Assembly: GCA_938010045.1 (NCBI GenBank)
Contig: CALLFZ010000020.1
Coordinates: 38,754 to 102,753 of the forward strand
Direction of reading: 5' to 3'
Length of the DNA stretch: 64,000 nucleotides
Source of the DNA: an uncultured bacterium
GTDB taxonomy: Bacteria > Verrucomicrobiota > Kiritimatiellia > PWTM01
Part shown: one piece after another, positions 1 to 9,583 of the stretch
Layout: every line of letters begins with the position of its first letter
Numbering within the stretch: position 1 is the first letter of the stretch
Position numbers and translations under genes: made by a program
Notes under the pieces: generated by a model
What the model saw: only the letters and a program-made list of their open reading frames with translations
What the model was told of the DNA's origin: nothing
Databases searched by the model: none

Positions 1-1188
1 GCGATCAACAAGATCGATCTGCCCGGCGCCAACGTGGACCGCGTGAAAGCCCAATTGCAGCAGAACGGTCTGACGCCCGACGACTGGGGCGGCAAGGTCG
101 TTTGCGTGCCCGTCAGCGCCGTCACCGGCCAAGGCATCAGCGATCTGCTCGACATGATCCTGTTGCAGGCCGACCTGCTGGAATTGAAGGCGCCTCCGCA
201 CCGGCCGGCGACCGGCTACGTCCTCGAGGCGCGCCTGGCGCCGGGCAGTGGACCGGTCGCCACCGTGCTCGTCAAGAGCGGCACGCTGAAGGTCGGCGAT
301 GCCGTCGTGTGCCACGAAACCTGGGGACGCGTCCGGTCGCTCGAAAACGACCGAGGCATCCGCCAGCGCACCGCCGGCCCGGGCTTTGCGGTACAGATGC
401 TCGGCCTCAACGCCGTGCCGCCGGCAGGCGCCGAGTTCGAAGTGGTCCAATCGGACCGGCAGGCTCGCGAGATCGCCGAGGCGCGCGTGGAGGAAAGCCG
501 GCGGGCCAAACTGCAGGCGCCAACGCGCACCTTCTCGCTCGATGACCTGCTGGCAAAGACCGATCCGACTCAGAAGGTCGAGCTCGCGGTCGTCCTGAAG
601 TGCGACGTACAGGGCACGCTGGAGGCCGTCCGGCAGGCGCTCACCGAGATCAAGAGCACCCGCGTGGCGCTCAAAATCGTCCTGGCCGGCGTCGGGAACG
701 TGTCGGCCAACGACGTGCTCCTCGCAAAAGCGTCCAACGCGATCGTGATCGGGTTCCACGTCGGCAGTGAGGCCGGTGTGGACAAAGTCGCGAAGCGCGA
801 GGGCGTCGAAATCCGCTTCTACAGCGTAATCTACGAGCTGGTCGAAGAGGTCCGCAACGCGATGGCCGGCCTGCTCCAGCCGATCGTGCGAGAGGTGCCG
901 CTGGGCCAGGCGCTCGTGAAGCAGGTGTTCGAACTGAGCCGAAAGGGCAACGTGGCGGGATGCCTCGTGCGATCGGGTCGCGTGCTGCTCCGCGGACGCG
1001 CGCGGGTGCGTCGCCAAGGCGAGGTGGTCTACGAGGGCTCGATCGCCTCGCTGCGGCGCTTCCAGAACGACGCCACCGAGGTCCGCGAGGGACAGGAATG
1101 CGGCATCCGGCTCGACAACTTCAACGCATTTGAACCCGGCGATATCATCGAAGTCTACGAGGTCCAGAAGATCGCCCAGAGTCTCTGA
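1..1188 (+). CDS. infB: Translation initiation factor IF-2, C-terminal part (5' end lies outside the window)
   Basis: Frame 1 is open from base 1. The translation (KIDLPGANVDRV..., then the long 34..1188 ORF) has IF-2 domain architecture and sits in the conserved infB-rbfA-truB order. Confidence 0.88.
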   Translation, partial: AINKIDLPGANVDRVKAQLQQNGLTPDDWGGKVVCVPVSAVTGQGISDLLDMILLQADLLELKAPPHRPATGYVLEARLAPGSGPVATVLVKSGTLKVGDAVVCHETWGRVRSLENDRGIRQRTAGPGFAVQMLGLNAVPPAGAEFEVVQSDRQAREIAEARVEESRRAKLQAPTRTFSLDDLLAKTDPTQKVELAVVLKCDVQGTLEAVRQALTEIKSTRVALKIVLAGVGNVSANDVLLAKASNAIVIGFHVGSEAGVDKVAKREGVEIRFYSVIYELVEEVRNAMAGLLQPIVREVPLGQALVKQVFELSRKGNVAGCLVRSGRVLLRGRARVRRQGEVVYEGSIASLRRFQNDATEVREGQECGIRLDNFNAFEPGDIIEVYEVQKIAQSL

Positions 1189-1209
1189 TCTGGTCGAAAG
1201 GACACGGCG

Positions 1210-1608
1210 ATGCGCGCGTCCCGCATGGTCCGCGTGAATGAGCTGTTGAAACGCGAAATCGCGGCCACCCTGTATCAGGAAATGGCCGGCGAATCCATGG
1301 ATTTCGCCGCGGTCACGGTCACCAACGTCCAGGTCAGCCCTGACCTTCGCCACGCCCGCGTGTTCGTCTCGATCCGCGGCAGCGAAGCCGAGGCCGCGGC
1401 GATTTTCTCGCGACTCTACCGCCACCGAATCCGTCTGCAGGAGCACTGCCACCGTCGCGTGCGCCTCAAGTACACCCCCGTACTGGTGTTCGAACGCGAT
1501 TATGCGATCGAGCGCGGAGACCGCGTGTTGGCACTGTTGAACCAGCTGGAGCCGCGCATCCCCACCGACACGGAGACACCCCCGCCGTCGTCGGACGAGG
1601 TTCATTGA
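1210..1608 (+). CDS. rbfA: Ribosome-binding factor A
   Basis: The 132-aa product (RVNELLKREIAATLYQEM...VTVTNVQVSPDLRHARVFVSI) is typical RbfA and lies directly after infB. Confidence 0.85.
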   Translation: MRASRMVRVNELLKREIAATLYQEMAGESMDFAAVTVTNVQVSPDLRHARVFVSIRGSEAEAAAIFSRLYRHRIRLQEHCHRRVRLKYTPVLVFERDYAIERGDRVLALLNQLEPRIPTDTETPPPSSDEVH

Positions 1609-1609
1609 C

Positions 1610-2341
1610 ATGGGTTCCCGCCCGTTGTCCCCGCTGCCGGATCCCGACGGCGTCCTCTTGGTGGACAAGCCGTCCGGCTGGACATCCCACGACGTGGTCG
1701 CGGCCGTCCGCGGTCGGTTCCGGCTGCGCAAGGTCGGCCATGGCGGCACGCTCGACCCCATGGCCACCGGCCTGCTCGTGGTGCTGATCGGCCGGGCCAC
1801 CCGTCTGGCCGACCGGTTCATGAACTCCGATAAGGCGTATGTGGGGGTTATGCGGCTCGGCATTGAGACGGACACCGAGGATGCCGACGGACGCGTGGTC
1901 GCGGAGCGCGACATCTCCGGTGTGACCGAGACGGCGCTGCGCGAGGCGCTCGCCCGCCGGACCGGCGACGTTTGGCAGGTTCCGCCCATGATCTCCGCGA
2001 TCAAGCGCGGCGGTCAGCCGCTCTACAAACTGGCCCGGCGCGGCCAGGTCGTGGAACGCGAGCCTCGCCTGATCCACATCTATGAGTTTTCCCTGCTCGA
2101 GTTCGCGCCGCCCCGCGCGAAGTTCCAGCTGCGCTGCACGAAGGGCACCTACGTGCGGACGCTCTGCGCGGACGTTGGGCGGGACCTGGGCTGCGGCGCC
2201 TTTCTCGAGGAACTGACCCGCACCCATTCGGGTGATCTTGCGCTCGAGGACGCTGCGCCGCTGAAGGAGATTCTCGACGGCGACCGCGCCGCGCTCGAGG
2301 CGCGCCTGCGGAGGATGGAAACCTTCGCTCCCTTGCCGTGA
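1610..2341 (+). CDS. truB: tRNA pseudouridine(55) synthase
   Basis: LLVDKPSGWTSHDVV...VGHGGTLDPMATGLLVV is the TruB catalytic motif. The start is 1 nt after the rbfA stop. Confidence 0.9.
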   Translation: MGSRPLSPLPDPDGVLLVDKPSGWTSHDVVAAVRGRFRLRKVGHGGTLDPMATGLLVVLIGRATRLADRFMNSDKAYVGVMRLGIETDTEDADGRVVAERDISGVTETALREALARRTGDVWQVPPMISAIKRGGQPLYKLARRGQVVEREPRLIHIYEFSLLEFAPPRAKFQLRCTKGTYVRTLCADVGRDLGCGAFLEELTRTHSGDLALEDAAPLKEILDGDRAALEARLRRMETFAPLP

Positions 2342-3354
2342 TGCGCGTGGCATGGGAGATCCGAACCGTCTCACCCGGGCCGCGCCCCGTGGCGCTGGCC
2401 ATCGGCGTGTTCGACGGTGTGCACATCGGACACCGCGCCGTGCTCGGCGCCGCCCGCGATCGCGCCCGTGCGGCCGGCGGCGAGGCGTGGGTGCTCACCT
2501 TCGAGCCCCACCCGCTCGAGGTGCTTCGCCCGCCGGAGGCTCCGCCCGCCATCCTTTCTCTTGAAGGCAAATTGCGCCGCTTCGCCGATCTCGGGCTCGA
2601 CGGATGCGTGGTGCAGCCGTTCACGCCGGACTTCGCGGCACTCGACCCGGCCGCCTTCGTCCGGCGGATCTTGGATTCGTTCGGACGGCTCTGCGCGATC
2701 GCGGTGGGTGAATCGTGGCGGTTCGGCCAGGCCGCCGCCGGCGACGTCGCGACGTTGCGCCAACTCGTCCGGACGGCCGGCACGGACGTCATCGCGGTGC
2801 CGCCAGTGCGCGTCGAGGGCCGAGTCGTGTCCAGCACAATGATCCGACACGCCATCCAGAGCGGCGACCTCGCGACGGCGGCCCGCTGGCTCGGCGAATG
2901 GTTTTCGTTCGACGGCGTGGTCGTGGCGGGTCGCGCCGTCGGCCGCCGCATCGGCATCCCCACCGCGAACCTGGAACCCCCGAGGCGGCGCGTGCGCCCG
3001 CCCGACGGCGTGTACGCCGCCTGGGTCCACGCCCGCGGCGCGCTCCATCCGGCGGCCGGCTACATCGGCACTCGCCCAACCTTCGCAGATAGCAACGAGA
3101 CGGTCATCGAACTGCACCTGCTCGACAGCGACCTCTCGCTCTACGGCGAACGCATCGAAGTGGACTGGGTCGCCCGCATACGTGGCGACCAGACATTTCC
3201 GGACGCCCAAGCGCTGCGGCGTCAGATCGACGACGACATCCGACGGATTCGCACAGTGCTCGGCGAAACCACGCCGCCGGCGCCGCGCGGCCCGACGCCC
3301 GGCGGCGTTGACACCGGACCGACCGCTTCGTACACTGACCGGCCTGTTGCGTAG
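2338..3354 (+). CDS. ribF: Bifunctional riboflavin kinase / FMN adenylyltransferase
   Basis: ALAIGVFDGVHIGHRAVL is the FAD-synthetase nucleotidyltransferase motif, followed by a riboflavin kinase C-terminal domain. A GTG start overlaps the truB stop (GTGA). Confidence 0.87.
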   Translation: MMRVAWEIRTVSPGPRPVALAIGVFDGVHIGHRAVLGAARDRARAAGGEAWVLTFEPHPLEVLRPPEAPPAILSLEGKLRRFADLGLDGCVVQPFTPDFAALDPAAFVRRILDSFGRLCAIAVGESWRFGQAAAGDVATLRQLVRTAGTDVIAVPPVRVEGRVVSSTMIRHAIQSGDLATAARWLGEWFSFDGVVVAGRAVGRRIGIPTANLEPPRRRVRPPDGVYAAWVHARGALHPAAGYIGTRPTFADSNETVIELHLLDSDLSLYGERIEVDWVARIRGDQTFPDAQALRRQIDDDIRRIRTVLGETTPPAPRGPTPGGVDTGPTASYTDRPVA

Positions 3355-3388
3355 CTCTGCGCGCAGACACCCGAGGATCCGAATTCGG

Positions 3389-3709
3389 ATGAAACCGTAC
3401 GCAGTGATTGAAACAGGCGGAAAACAGTATCTCGTTCGGCCGGACGATCGTCTGACGATCGAGCGGATCGCCGCGGAGCCCGGCCAGACCGTGGCGCTGG
3501 CTCCGGTGCTGGCAATCTCCGACGGTTCGACGTTGAAGGTGGGCACCCCCGACCTGCCCGATGCGACCGTTTCGGCGCAGGTCCTCGGGCACAGCCGGGC
3601 CCGCAAGGTGATTTCGTATCGGAAAAAGCGCCGGAAGGGGTATCACCGCAAAGTCGGCCACCGGCAATCGGTCACGTCGGTCAGGATCGTCGGCATCCCG
3701 ACCCCCTGA
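3389..3709 (+). CDS. rplU: 50S ribosomal protein L21
   Basis: MKPYAVIETGGKQYLV... is the L21 signature. The longer track ORF (3182..3709) is an upstream in-frame extension; the ATG at 3389 gives a 106-aa product. Confidence 0.9.
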   Translation: MKPYAVIETGGKQYLVRPDDRLTIERIAAEPGQTVALAPVLAISDGSTLKVGTPDLPDATVSAQVLGHSRARKVISYRKKRRKGYHRKVGHRQSVTSVRIVGIPTP

Positions 3710-3727
3710 GCACCGGGAGGAACGGCC

Positions 3728-3991
3728 ATGGCGCATAAAAAAGGTCAGGGCACCAGTCGAAACGGACGCGATAGCCGCGGTCAGCGCCTCGGCGTCAAGT
3801 GCTTCGCCGGCCAGACGGTGCGCGCGGGGCACATCTTGGTGCGCCAGCGCGGCACCCGGCTGCACCCGGGGCGCAACGTCGGTATGGGGCGCGACTTCAC
3901 GCTGTTCGCGCTGGCCGACGGCGTGGTCGCCATGGACGCTCGTTCACGCCGCGTCCACGTCATTTCGGCCGCGCCGACGAGCTCCAACTGA
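3728..3991 (+). CDS. rpmA: 50S ribosomal protein L27
   Basis: [23 protein letters not shown] is the L27 N-terminus. The rplU-rpmA-obg order is conserved. Confidence 0.92.
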   Translation: MAHKKGQGTSRNGRDSRGQRLGVKCFAGQTVRAGHILVRQRGTRLHPGRNVGMGRDFTLFALADGVVAMDARSRRVHVISAAPTSSN

Positions 3992-4033
3992 GCCGGGCTC
4001 GGTCGGGCCTTCGCGCGGCCCGGAGATCAGGCC

Positions 4034-5080
4034 GTGAAGGCGCCCACCTTTATTGACCGTGTCCAGGTCCACGTCCGCGCTGGACGCGGAGGCGACGGCG
4101 TTGCCACGTTTCGCCGCGAAAAACGCGTGCCCTGGGGCGGCCCAGACGGCGGCGACGGCGGCCGGGGCGGCGACGTGGTGCTGCGGGGCGACGCCTCGCT
4201 TGATTCTCTTCTCCACCTCTACTATCAGCCGCACCACCGTGCGGAAAATGGCATGCCCGGCCGCCGCAAGCAGCAAACCGGCCGCAGCGGGGCCGACTGG
4301 ATCATCCGTGTGCCCTGCGGCACCGAAGTCCGCAACGCGGCGGACGGCGCCTGGATCGGCGAGATCATGCACGACGGCGAACACCTCGTGGTGGCGCGAG
4401 GCGGCGCAGGTGGGCTCGGCAACCTCCATTTCGTCACGTCCACCCACCAGGCGCCGCGCGAATGCACGCCCGGCCAGCCCGGCGAGGAACGCAAGCTGCT
4501 GCTCGAGCTGAAGCTCATCTCCGATGTCGGCCTCGTCGGATTCCCAAATGCAGGCAAGTCCACCTTGCTCGGCGCGATCAGCCGAGCCCGGCCCCGCGTC
4601 GCGCCCTATCCGTTCACCACCCTCCATCCCACGGTCGGAGTCGTGCCGCTCGACGACGAGCGGACGCTGCGCGTCGCCGACATCCCCGGTCTCATTGCCG
4701 GCGCGCACCGAGGCGTCGGTCTCGGCCACGATTTTCTGCGGCATATCGAACGCACCCGCTTCCTCGTGCTGCTGATCGACATGGCCGGCACCGAGGGCCG
4801 GCATCCAGCGGACGACTTTTTTTGCCTCCGCCGAGAGCTCGAGATGTACGGGCGCGGACTGGACGAGCGGCCCTATCTGACCGTCGCCAACAAAATGGAC
4901 ATGCCCGATGCGGCGAAGCATCTCGAAGAGTTCGTGGCTCGCACCAGCGTCACTCCGTTAACGATTTCCGCGCAGGCGCGCACAGGCCTCGACACATTGA
5001 TCGCCACTCTCGCGGAGCGCATCGCCGAACTCGAGCGTGCCCCCCCATCGGCCGCCCCGCCTGCTCCGCCGCCGCCATGA
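4034..5080 (+). CDS. obg: GTPase Obg/CgtA
   Basis: An Obg fold N-terminal glycine-rich domain (GRGGDGVATFRREK...GGPDGGDGGRGGDV) is followed by a GTPase domain (GFPNAGKSTLL). Confidence 0.92.
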   Translation: MKAPTFIDRVQVHVRAGRGGDGVATFRREKRVPWGGPDGGDGGRGGDVVLRGDASLDSLLHLYYQPHHRAENGMPGRRKQQTGRSGADWIIRVPCGTEVRNAADGAWIGEIMHDGEHLVVARGGAGGLGNLHFVTSTHQAPRECTPGQPGEERKLLLELKLISDVGLVGFPNAGKSTLLGAISRARPRVAPYPFTTLHPTVGVVPLDDERTLRVADIPGLIAGAHRGVGLGHDFLRHIERTRFLVLLIDMAGTEGRHPADDFFCLRRELEMYGRGLDERPYLTVANKMDMPDAAKHLEEFVARTSVTPLTISAQARTGLDTLIATLAERIAELERAPPSAAPPAPPPP

Positions 5081-5256
5081 TGACCTGGTTGGTCTGGGTG
5101 GGCGTGGTGCTCGGCGCCGACGCGCTGATCGGGCTGCTGGGCCGCCGATGGTGGGCCCGTCATCTGCCCACCGTGCCCATCGCGCAGATCGCGACCGCCG
5201 AGGCCATCGTTGCGGTGATCGCGCTGGCACTGTATCTCCTGCTGAACCTCCGCTAG
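5080..5256 (+). CDS. Small hypothetical membrane protein (58 aa, two predicted TM helices)
   Basis: An ATG overlaps the obg stop (ATGATG). The product is hydrophobic (MMTWLVWVGVVLGADALIGLL...AIVAVIALALYLLL). No homology was recognised. Confidence 0.25.
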   Translation: MTWLVWVGVVLGADALIGLLGRRWWARHLPTVPIAQIATAEAIVAVIALALYLLLNLR

Positions 5257-5389
5257 CTTCGCCGGCCTCCTCGCCGCAGGTCCATCGCGGGCGCCCGCCT
5301 TCCCCACGGCGGCGCCCTGGGGCAAATTCCGCGGCGGCATCTCAGCGAACGCATCGCTGGTCGACCGCAACGAACGGTGAGGAGCGAGC

Positions 5390-6160
5390 TTATCCTGCGG
5401 GGCTCGCACGATGGTCCGCGCCGTTCTCGCGGAGATAACGGTCGAGCTCCTCCCAGCCCTCCGGCTTGCCGATCTCGTAAAACCGCGTCGGCGCGACCCA
5501 CGCGGCCAGTTCGCCGGCGGCAACGAGATCGCGAAGCATCACGGAAAGATCCAGCGGCGTCCGCGCGCCGACGTAGCGGCCGATCACCTCCCGCCGCAGC
5601 GCGAGGAGCCCCCAGTCAATCCACTCGGCCTCGCCGGGCGCGGCCGATTTCGAATAGAAGACGACACGACCCCGCTCAACCCGCGCGTTGCTTGAGTCCC
5701 ACCGGCCCTGATTGCGGAACACCGACATCATCGCCGGCGCTCCGCTCTCGAGAAATGCGCGCGCCATCGGCCGGTAGTCCGCGGGCAGATACGAGTCCCC
5801 GTACATCACAAAGCACCACTCGCGCAGGAGCTCCCGCGCATTCACCAGCGCCCCGCCGGTGCCGAGCAGCGCCTCCGGAGGCTCGCGCGAGTAAGCGACC
5901 CGCACGCCCCAACGCCTCCCGTCCCCAACGTACCGCTCGATCGCCTCCGCGCCGACGCCGACACACAACACCACGTCGCGCACATCGCTCTGCGCGAGCA
6001 GGTCCAACTGGTAATCGATGAACGGCCGCCCCGCCACCGGCAGGAGCGATTTCGGGCGGTCGCGCGCGATCGCCCGGATGCGCGTGCCAAGCCCGCCGCA
6101 CAGAATCGCCGCCTGCAGCCGCGTCGAGCCCGCCTCACTCCGCAGGGCCATCGAAGTCAT
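5390..6160 (-). CDS. Sugar-phosphate nucleotidyltransferase (HddC-like D-glycero-D-manno-heptose-1-P guanylyltransferase or mannose-1-P guanylyltransferase family)
   Basis: AAILCGGLGTRIR...KSLLPVAGRPFIDYQL is an NTP_transferase N-terminal motif. The product is 256 aa, and the gene sits next to a GHMP kinase and gmhA. Confidence 0.7.
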   Translation of the reverse strand: MTSMALRSEAGSTRLQAAILCGGLGTRIRAIARDRPKSLLPVAGRPFIDYQLDLLAQSDVRDVVLCVGVGAEAIERYVGDGRRWGVRVAYSREPPEALLGTGGALVNARELLREWCFVMYGDSYLPADYRPMARAFLESGAPAMMSVFRNQGRWDSSNARVERGRVVFYSKSAAPGEAEWIDWGLLALRREVIGRYVGARTPLDLSVMLRDLVAAGELAAWVAPTRFYEIGKPEGWEELDRYLRENGADHRASPAG

Positions 6161-7229
6161 CCGACTCCGCGAACTCCGCGACCACGCGCGCCCCGTGCCG
6201 GCACGGCAGCCAGCTCACGCGCGGCATCCCATGCGACGCCATGAACCCGTCGAGCTCCCGGCCGCGCTCGGGACAGTACAGCAACACGAACCCCCCCCCG
6301 CCGGCGCCGATGATCTTGCCGCCGAGCACGCCATAGTCGCGTTTCACCGTTTCGTAGAGCTCGTCCACAACCCCAAGGCTCACCGAAGACGACAGCCGCC
6401 GCTTGCATGCCCAGTGGTCGTCCATCAGTCGCGCGAACCGGTCGAGGTCCCGGTCCAGAACCGCACGGTGGATTTGGCGGCCGATTTCGCGGATCTCGAG
6501 CAGCGACTCGACCACCCGCGCGTGGTCGGGCCGGTCGGCGTGGCGCGCGGCCTCGTCCTGGTGCTGCAGCACCGCGGTCGCCGAGCGCTGAATCCCCGTG
6601 TAGTACATCCGGGCCTTGTGCGCGAGCTCCAGCGCGAGCGTGGAATCCACCGGCACCGAGCCCACCGTGACCGTTCCGTCCCGCGCAATCTCGAGCGTAC
6701 GGAAGCCGCCGAACGCCGCGATATACTGGTCCTGCTTGCCCACCGGCTCCTTCAGGATCTCCATCTCGATGCGGCAGGCCTCCTCCGCGACCTCGGCGGG
6801 CGGCGCCGGCGTCCGCCGCCACGCGCGCAGCGCGGTCAGCAGCCCCACGAGATAGGCGCCGGACGACCCCAAGCCCGTCCGCGCCGGCAGGTCGGCGAGG
6901 CTTGCGAGCTCGATGTACTCGCGTACGCCGTACTGCCGCAGCGCCTCCCGCGCGAGCGGGTGCCGGATCTCGTCCACCGAGTTCACGACCTCCACCTGGG
7001 AGTAGCGGATCAGCGTCTTGCGCTCCGTCACCGGCAGCCGGTGCAAAAAAACGTACATAAATTTGTCGATCGCCATCGTGAACACGAAACCGCCGTGCTC
7101 GCGATAGAACGATGGCAGGTCCGTGCCACCCCCGCCGAGCGTGATCCGAAACGGTGTCTGCGTGATGATCATCGGCGTTGCGCCCCCCGCGCCGACCGCG
7201 CCGCTGCGGTGCGTCGGCTCATATGTCAA
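6135..7229 (-). CDS. GHMP-family sugar kinase (HddA-like D-glycero-D-manno-heptose 7-phosphate kinase)
   Basis: ITLGGGGTDLPSFY and LPARTGLGSSGAYLVGLL are GHMP motifs. The true start may be the internal M20 (7172). Confidence 0.68.
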   Translation of the reverse strand: MTYEPTHRSGAVGAGGATPMIITQTPFRITLGGGGTDLPSFYREHGGFVFTMAIDKFMYVFLHRLPVTERKTLIRYSQVEVVNSVDEIRHPLAREALRQYGVREYIELASLADLPARTGLGSSGAYLVGLLTALRAWRRTPAPPAEVAEEACRIEMEILKEPVGKQDQYIAAFGGFRTLEIARDGTVTVGSVPVDSTLALELAHKARMYYTGIQRSATAVLQHQDEAARHADRPDHARVVESLLEIREIGRQIHRAVLDRDLDRFARLMDDHWACKRRLSSSVSLGVVDELYETVKRDYGVLGGKIIGAGGGGFVLLYCPERGRELDGFMASHGMPRVSWLPCRHGARVVAEFAESDDFDGPAE

Positions 7230-7950
7230 ACCCGCTGTTCACCGCGTCGCGCCGGAACATCCGCACGGTCTCGAGCGAAAACTCCTCGAGGTCCTTGCCG
7301 AACTGCTCCGCCTTCGCGAGCAGGTCCGGCGTGACGGTGATGATCGGACAGCCAATCCACTCGGCCTGCAAAATATTCAGCGCCTCGCGCGGGCTCGCCC
7401 ACAGCAGCTCCGCGCGCGGACGCGGGCGCAGAATCTCGAGCGCTTCGCGCATGATCGGCACCGGGTCGCGGCCCGAGTCCGCAATCCGTCCCGCGAACAC
7501 TGAGACGAACGTCGGACACGCCGGGTCCAGCGCCTCCGCGACCTCGCGCACTTGCCGCAGCGTCATGATCGCGGTGATGTTGAGCGGGATGCCCTCCCGC
7601 GAGAGCCGCGCGATCAGCGGGCACGAGGATTCCCTCCGCGTGTTCGTGATCGGGATTTTGACGTGGACGTTCGTCCCGAGCGCACGCAGCACTCGCGCCT
7701 GCCGTTCCATCTCATCGAATTCATCGGAGAACACCTCGAACGAGACCGGAAGATCGGGCACGATCCGGAGCACCTCGCGCGCAAAGTTCAGATAGTTCGT
7801 CACGCCCGCGCGCGCCATCAGCGTGGGGTTCGTCGTAAACCCCTTCACGAGGCCCCGGGCGCGCGCTGCCGCGATCGAGTCGAGATCGGCCCCGTCGGAA
7901 AAGATCTTGATCTTCAGCTCCTCGAGACGGGGAACCCGGTCCTGCGTCAT
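7219..7950 (-). CDS. Transaldolase / fructose-6-phosphate aldolase family protein
   Basis: IKIFSDGADLDSI...GFTTNPTLMAR is the TalC/FSA-type transaldolase signature. The start at 7950 overlaps the gmhA stop (ATGA). Confidence 0.75.
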   Translation of the reverse strand: MTQDRVPRLEELKIKIFSDGADLDSIAAARARGLVKGFTTNPTLMARAGVTNYLNFAREVLRIVPDLPVSFEVFSDEFDEMERQARVLRALGTNVHVKIPITNTRRESSCPLIARLSREGIPLNITAIMTLRQVREVAEALDPACPTFVSVFAGRIADSGRDPVPIMREALEILRPRPRAELLWASPREALNILQAEWIGCPIITVTPDLLAKAEQFGKDLEEFSLETVRMFRRDAVNSGFDI

Positions 7951-8591
7951 GGACGGACCTCCCGGGGCGCGGCCGCGCCCCCCCGATCCAGATGCTCCCA
8001 GTGCGTGGAGGCCATCTTCAGGCGTGGATGCGAGACCAGCAAATGCGCGACGACCGATTGGAACGCCTCGGTGTGCGGCGTAATCGCGGCGGAATTGACC
8101 ACCGGAATCACCACGCACGCATCGGCCGTGCGGGCCGTGAAGCCGCCATCGCGCCCGACGATACCCACCACCGTCGCCCCCACCCGTTTCGCCTCGCGGA
8201 TCGCCTCGACGATGTTCGGGCTGACATTACGTGCCTCGTCGCCGCCGCCGACCGAAAACACGAGCACGCCGTCTCGTGGGCCGATACGGCTGCCGCGCAG
8301 CCACGCCGCGAGCGCGCCCGCCCAGCCCTCGTCGTTGATGCGCGCGGTGAGCTCCGCAACGTTATCCGTCGGCGCATACGCCTCGAAGCCGCAGAGCTTC
8401 CGAAAGTCGTTCACCGCATGGCTGGCGTTGGCGGCGCTGCCGCCAACGCCGAGCACGAAGAGCCGCCCGCCGCGATCGCGAACCGCCGCCAGCCGCTCGG
8501 CGGCTGCCGCGATCGCCGCGCGGTCGAGCCGGCGTGCGACCTCGGCCGTCTCTTCGAGGTGCTGCTCAATAAACCGGTCGGCTTCGCTCAT
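7947..8591 (-). CDS. gmhA: SIS-domain sedoheptulose-7-phosphate isomerase
   Basis: RLFVLGVGGSAANASHAVNDFRK is the SIS phosphosugar-isomerase motif. A start at the internal ATG (8591) gives 214 aa, a typical GmhA length. Confidence 0.75.
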   Translation of the reverse strand: MSEADRFIEQHLEETAEVARRLDRAAIAAAAERLAAVRDRGGRLFVLGVGGSAANASHAVNDFRKLCGFEAYAPTDNVAELTARINDEGWAGALAAWLRGSRIGPRDGVLVFSVGGGDEARNVSPNIVEAIREAKRVGATVVGIVGRDGGFTARTADACVVIPVVNSAAITPHTEAFQSVVAHLLVSHPRLKMASTHWEHLDRGGAAAPREVRP

Positions 8592-9583
8592 CCGGCTCCT
8601 CCGCGATACACCGCCTCCACCACCGCCAGCGCCGCGCGCGCATCGGCCAGACCCGTCGCCGGCGCCCGCATCTGGCGGATGTCCTCCGCAAATTCGGCCC
8701 ACTCCACGGTCCACGACGTATCCGGGCCCGGGAACTCCCAGATCGTCGTCTCCGGCGGCCCCATCTCGGGCAACATGCGGTACCACGCCAGCCGTTCGAC
8801 CCCGTAGCTGCCGCCGAGCCCTTCGATGTGCAGCTTCCCGCTGCGCCCGTAGATCTCCAGCGAAAACAGATTCTTCCACTCCGAGCAGCTCGCGTGCAGA
8901 AACGCCACCTGGCCACCCGCGGTGCGAAGCATCAAAAACGCGTTGTCATCCACCGTCATCGCCCAGTACAGCGTCGTCGCGAGCCCGCGCACCTCCGTGA
9001 ACTCGCCGAGAAACCATCGCGCCAAATCAATGAGATGCACGCCCTGGTCGATCAGCTCGCCGCCGCCGGAGCGCACCGGATCGGCGCGCCATTCGCGCTC
9101 GTATCCAGGGCGCCCGCCGTGCCCGTAGCGCCCGCGCACCATCATCATCGGACCGAGTTCGCCGCGCGCGAAGATCTCCCGCGCGCGGCGCAACGCGGGA
9201 TGATAACGGTGGTTGAATCCGACGTGCACGAGGCGGGCGGCCGCAGCCGCTGCGCGCGCGATCGCCTCCACCTCCGCCACCGTCCGTCCAGCCGGCTTTT
9301 CGACCAGCACGTGTTTGCGCGCCTCGAGCGCCGCCATGGCCACCGACGCCAGCGCATCGTGCGTCGTCGCCACGATCACGACGTCCAGATCATCCCGGCG
9401 CACCAGATCGTCGACCGAATGGCAGACCGCGGCGCCGGCCGGAACAGCCAGCGCCTCCGCACGCCTCTGGTCGAGGTCCGCGCACGCCACGAGCCGATCC
9501 TGTCCGAGCGCGGCGGCGCGCTTGCGGCCGATCAAGCCGCAGCCGACGATACCGACCCGCAGTTGGGATGCCGCAGGGCTCAT
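8588..9583 (-). CDS. Gfo/Idh/MocA family NAD(P)-dependent oxidoreductase
   Basis: LRVGIVGCGLIGRKRAAAL is a Rossmann N-terminus and the C-terminal domain is GFO-like. The stop overlaps the gmhA start. Confidence 0.7.
   Translation of the reverse strand: MSPAASQLRVGIVGCGLIGRKRAAALGQDRLVACADLDQRRAEALAVPAGAAVCHSVDDLVRRDDLDVVIVATTHDALASVAMAALEARKHVLVEKPAGRTVAEVEAIARAAAAAARLVHVGFNHRYHPALRRAREIFARGELGPMMMVRGRYGHGGRPGYEREWRADPVRSGGGELIDQGVHLIDLARWFLGEFTEVRGLATTLYWAMTVDDNAFLMLRTAGGQVAFLHASCSEWKNLFSLEIYGRSGKLHIEGLGGSYGVERLAWYRMLPEMGPPETTIWEFPGPDTSWTVEWAEFAEDIRQMRAPATGLADARAALAVVEAVYRGGAG

Noticed and set aside
3372-3384. GGATCCGAATTC (adjacent BamHI and EcoRI sites) just upstream of rplU, resembling a cloning polylinker
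   Set aside because: It is embedded in a natural 10-nt palindrome, CCGAATTCGG, with an intact native gene order on both sides. This is most likely coincidence, not vector contamination.
2371-3606. 411-aa ORF antisense to ribF. Similar long antisense or alternate-frame ORFs appear at 2001-2963, 3944-4921, 6018-7334, 7552-9000, 8828-10012, 11465-12814, 20284-22308, 23975-25540, 31185-32222, 32377-33303, 54470-56131 and 56179-57336.
   Set aside because: These are typical high-GC frame artefacts, with Arg/Pro/Ala/Gly-rich low-complexity translations and no recognisable motifs. Each overlaps a gene with clear homology-type signatures on the other strand or frame.
5256-5390. Possible bidirectional terminator in the convergent gap after the small ORF and the HddC-like gene (GCGGGCGCCCGC palindrome)
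   Set aside because: The palindrome has no loop, the stem is short and no U-tract follows, so it is not convincing as an intrinsic terminator.
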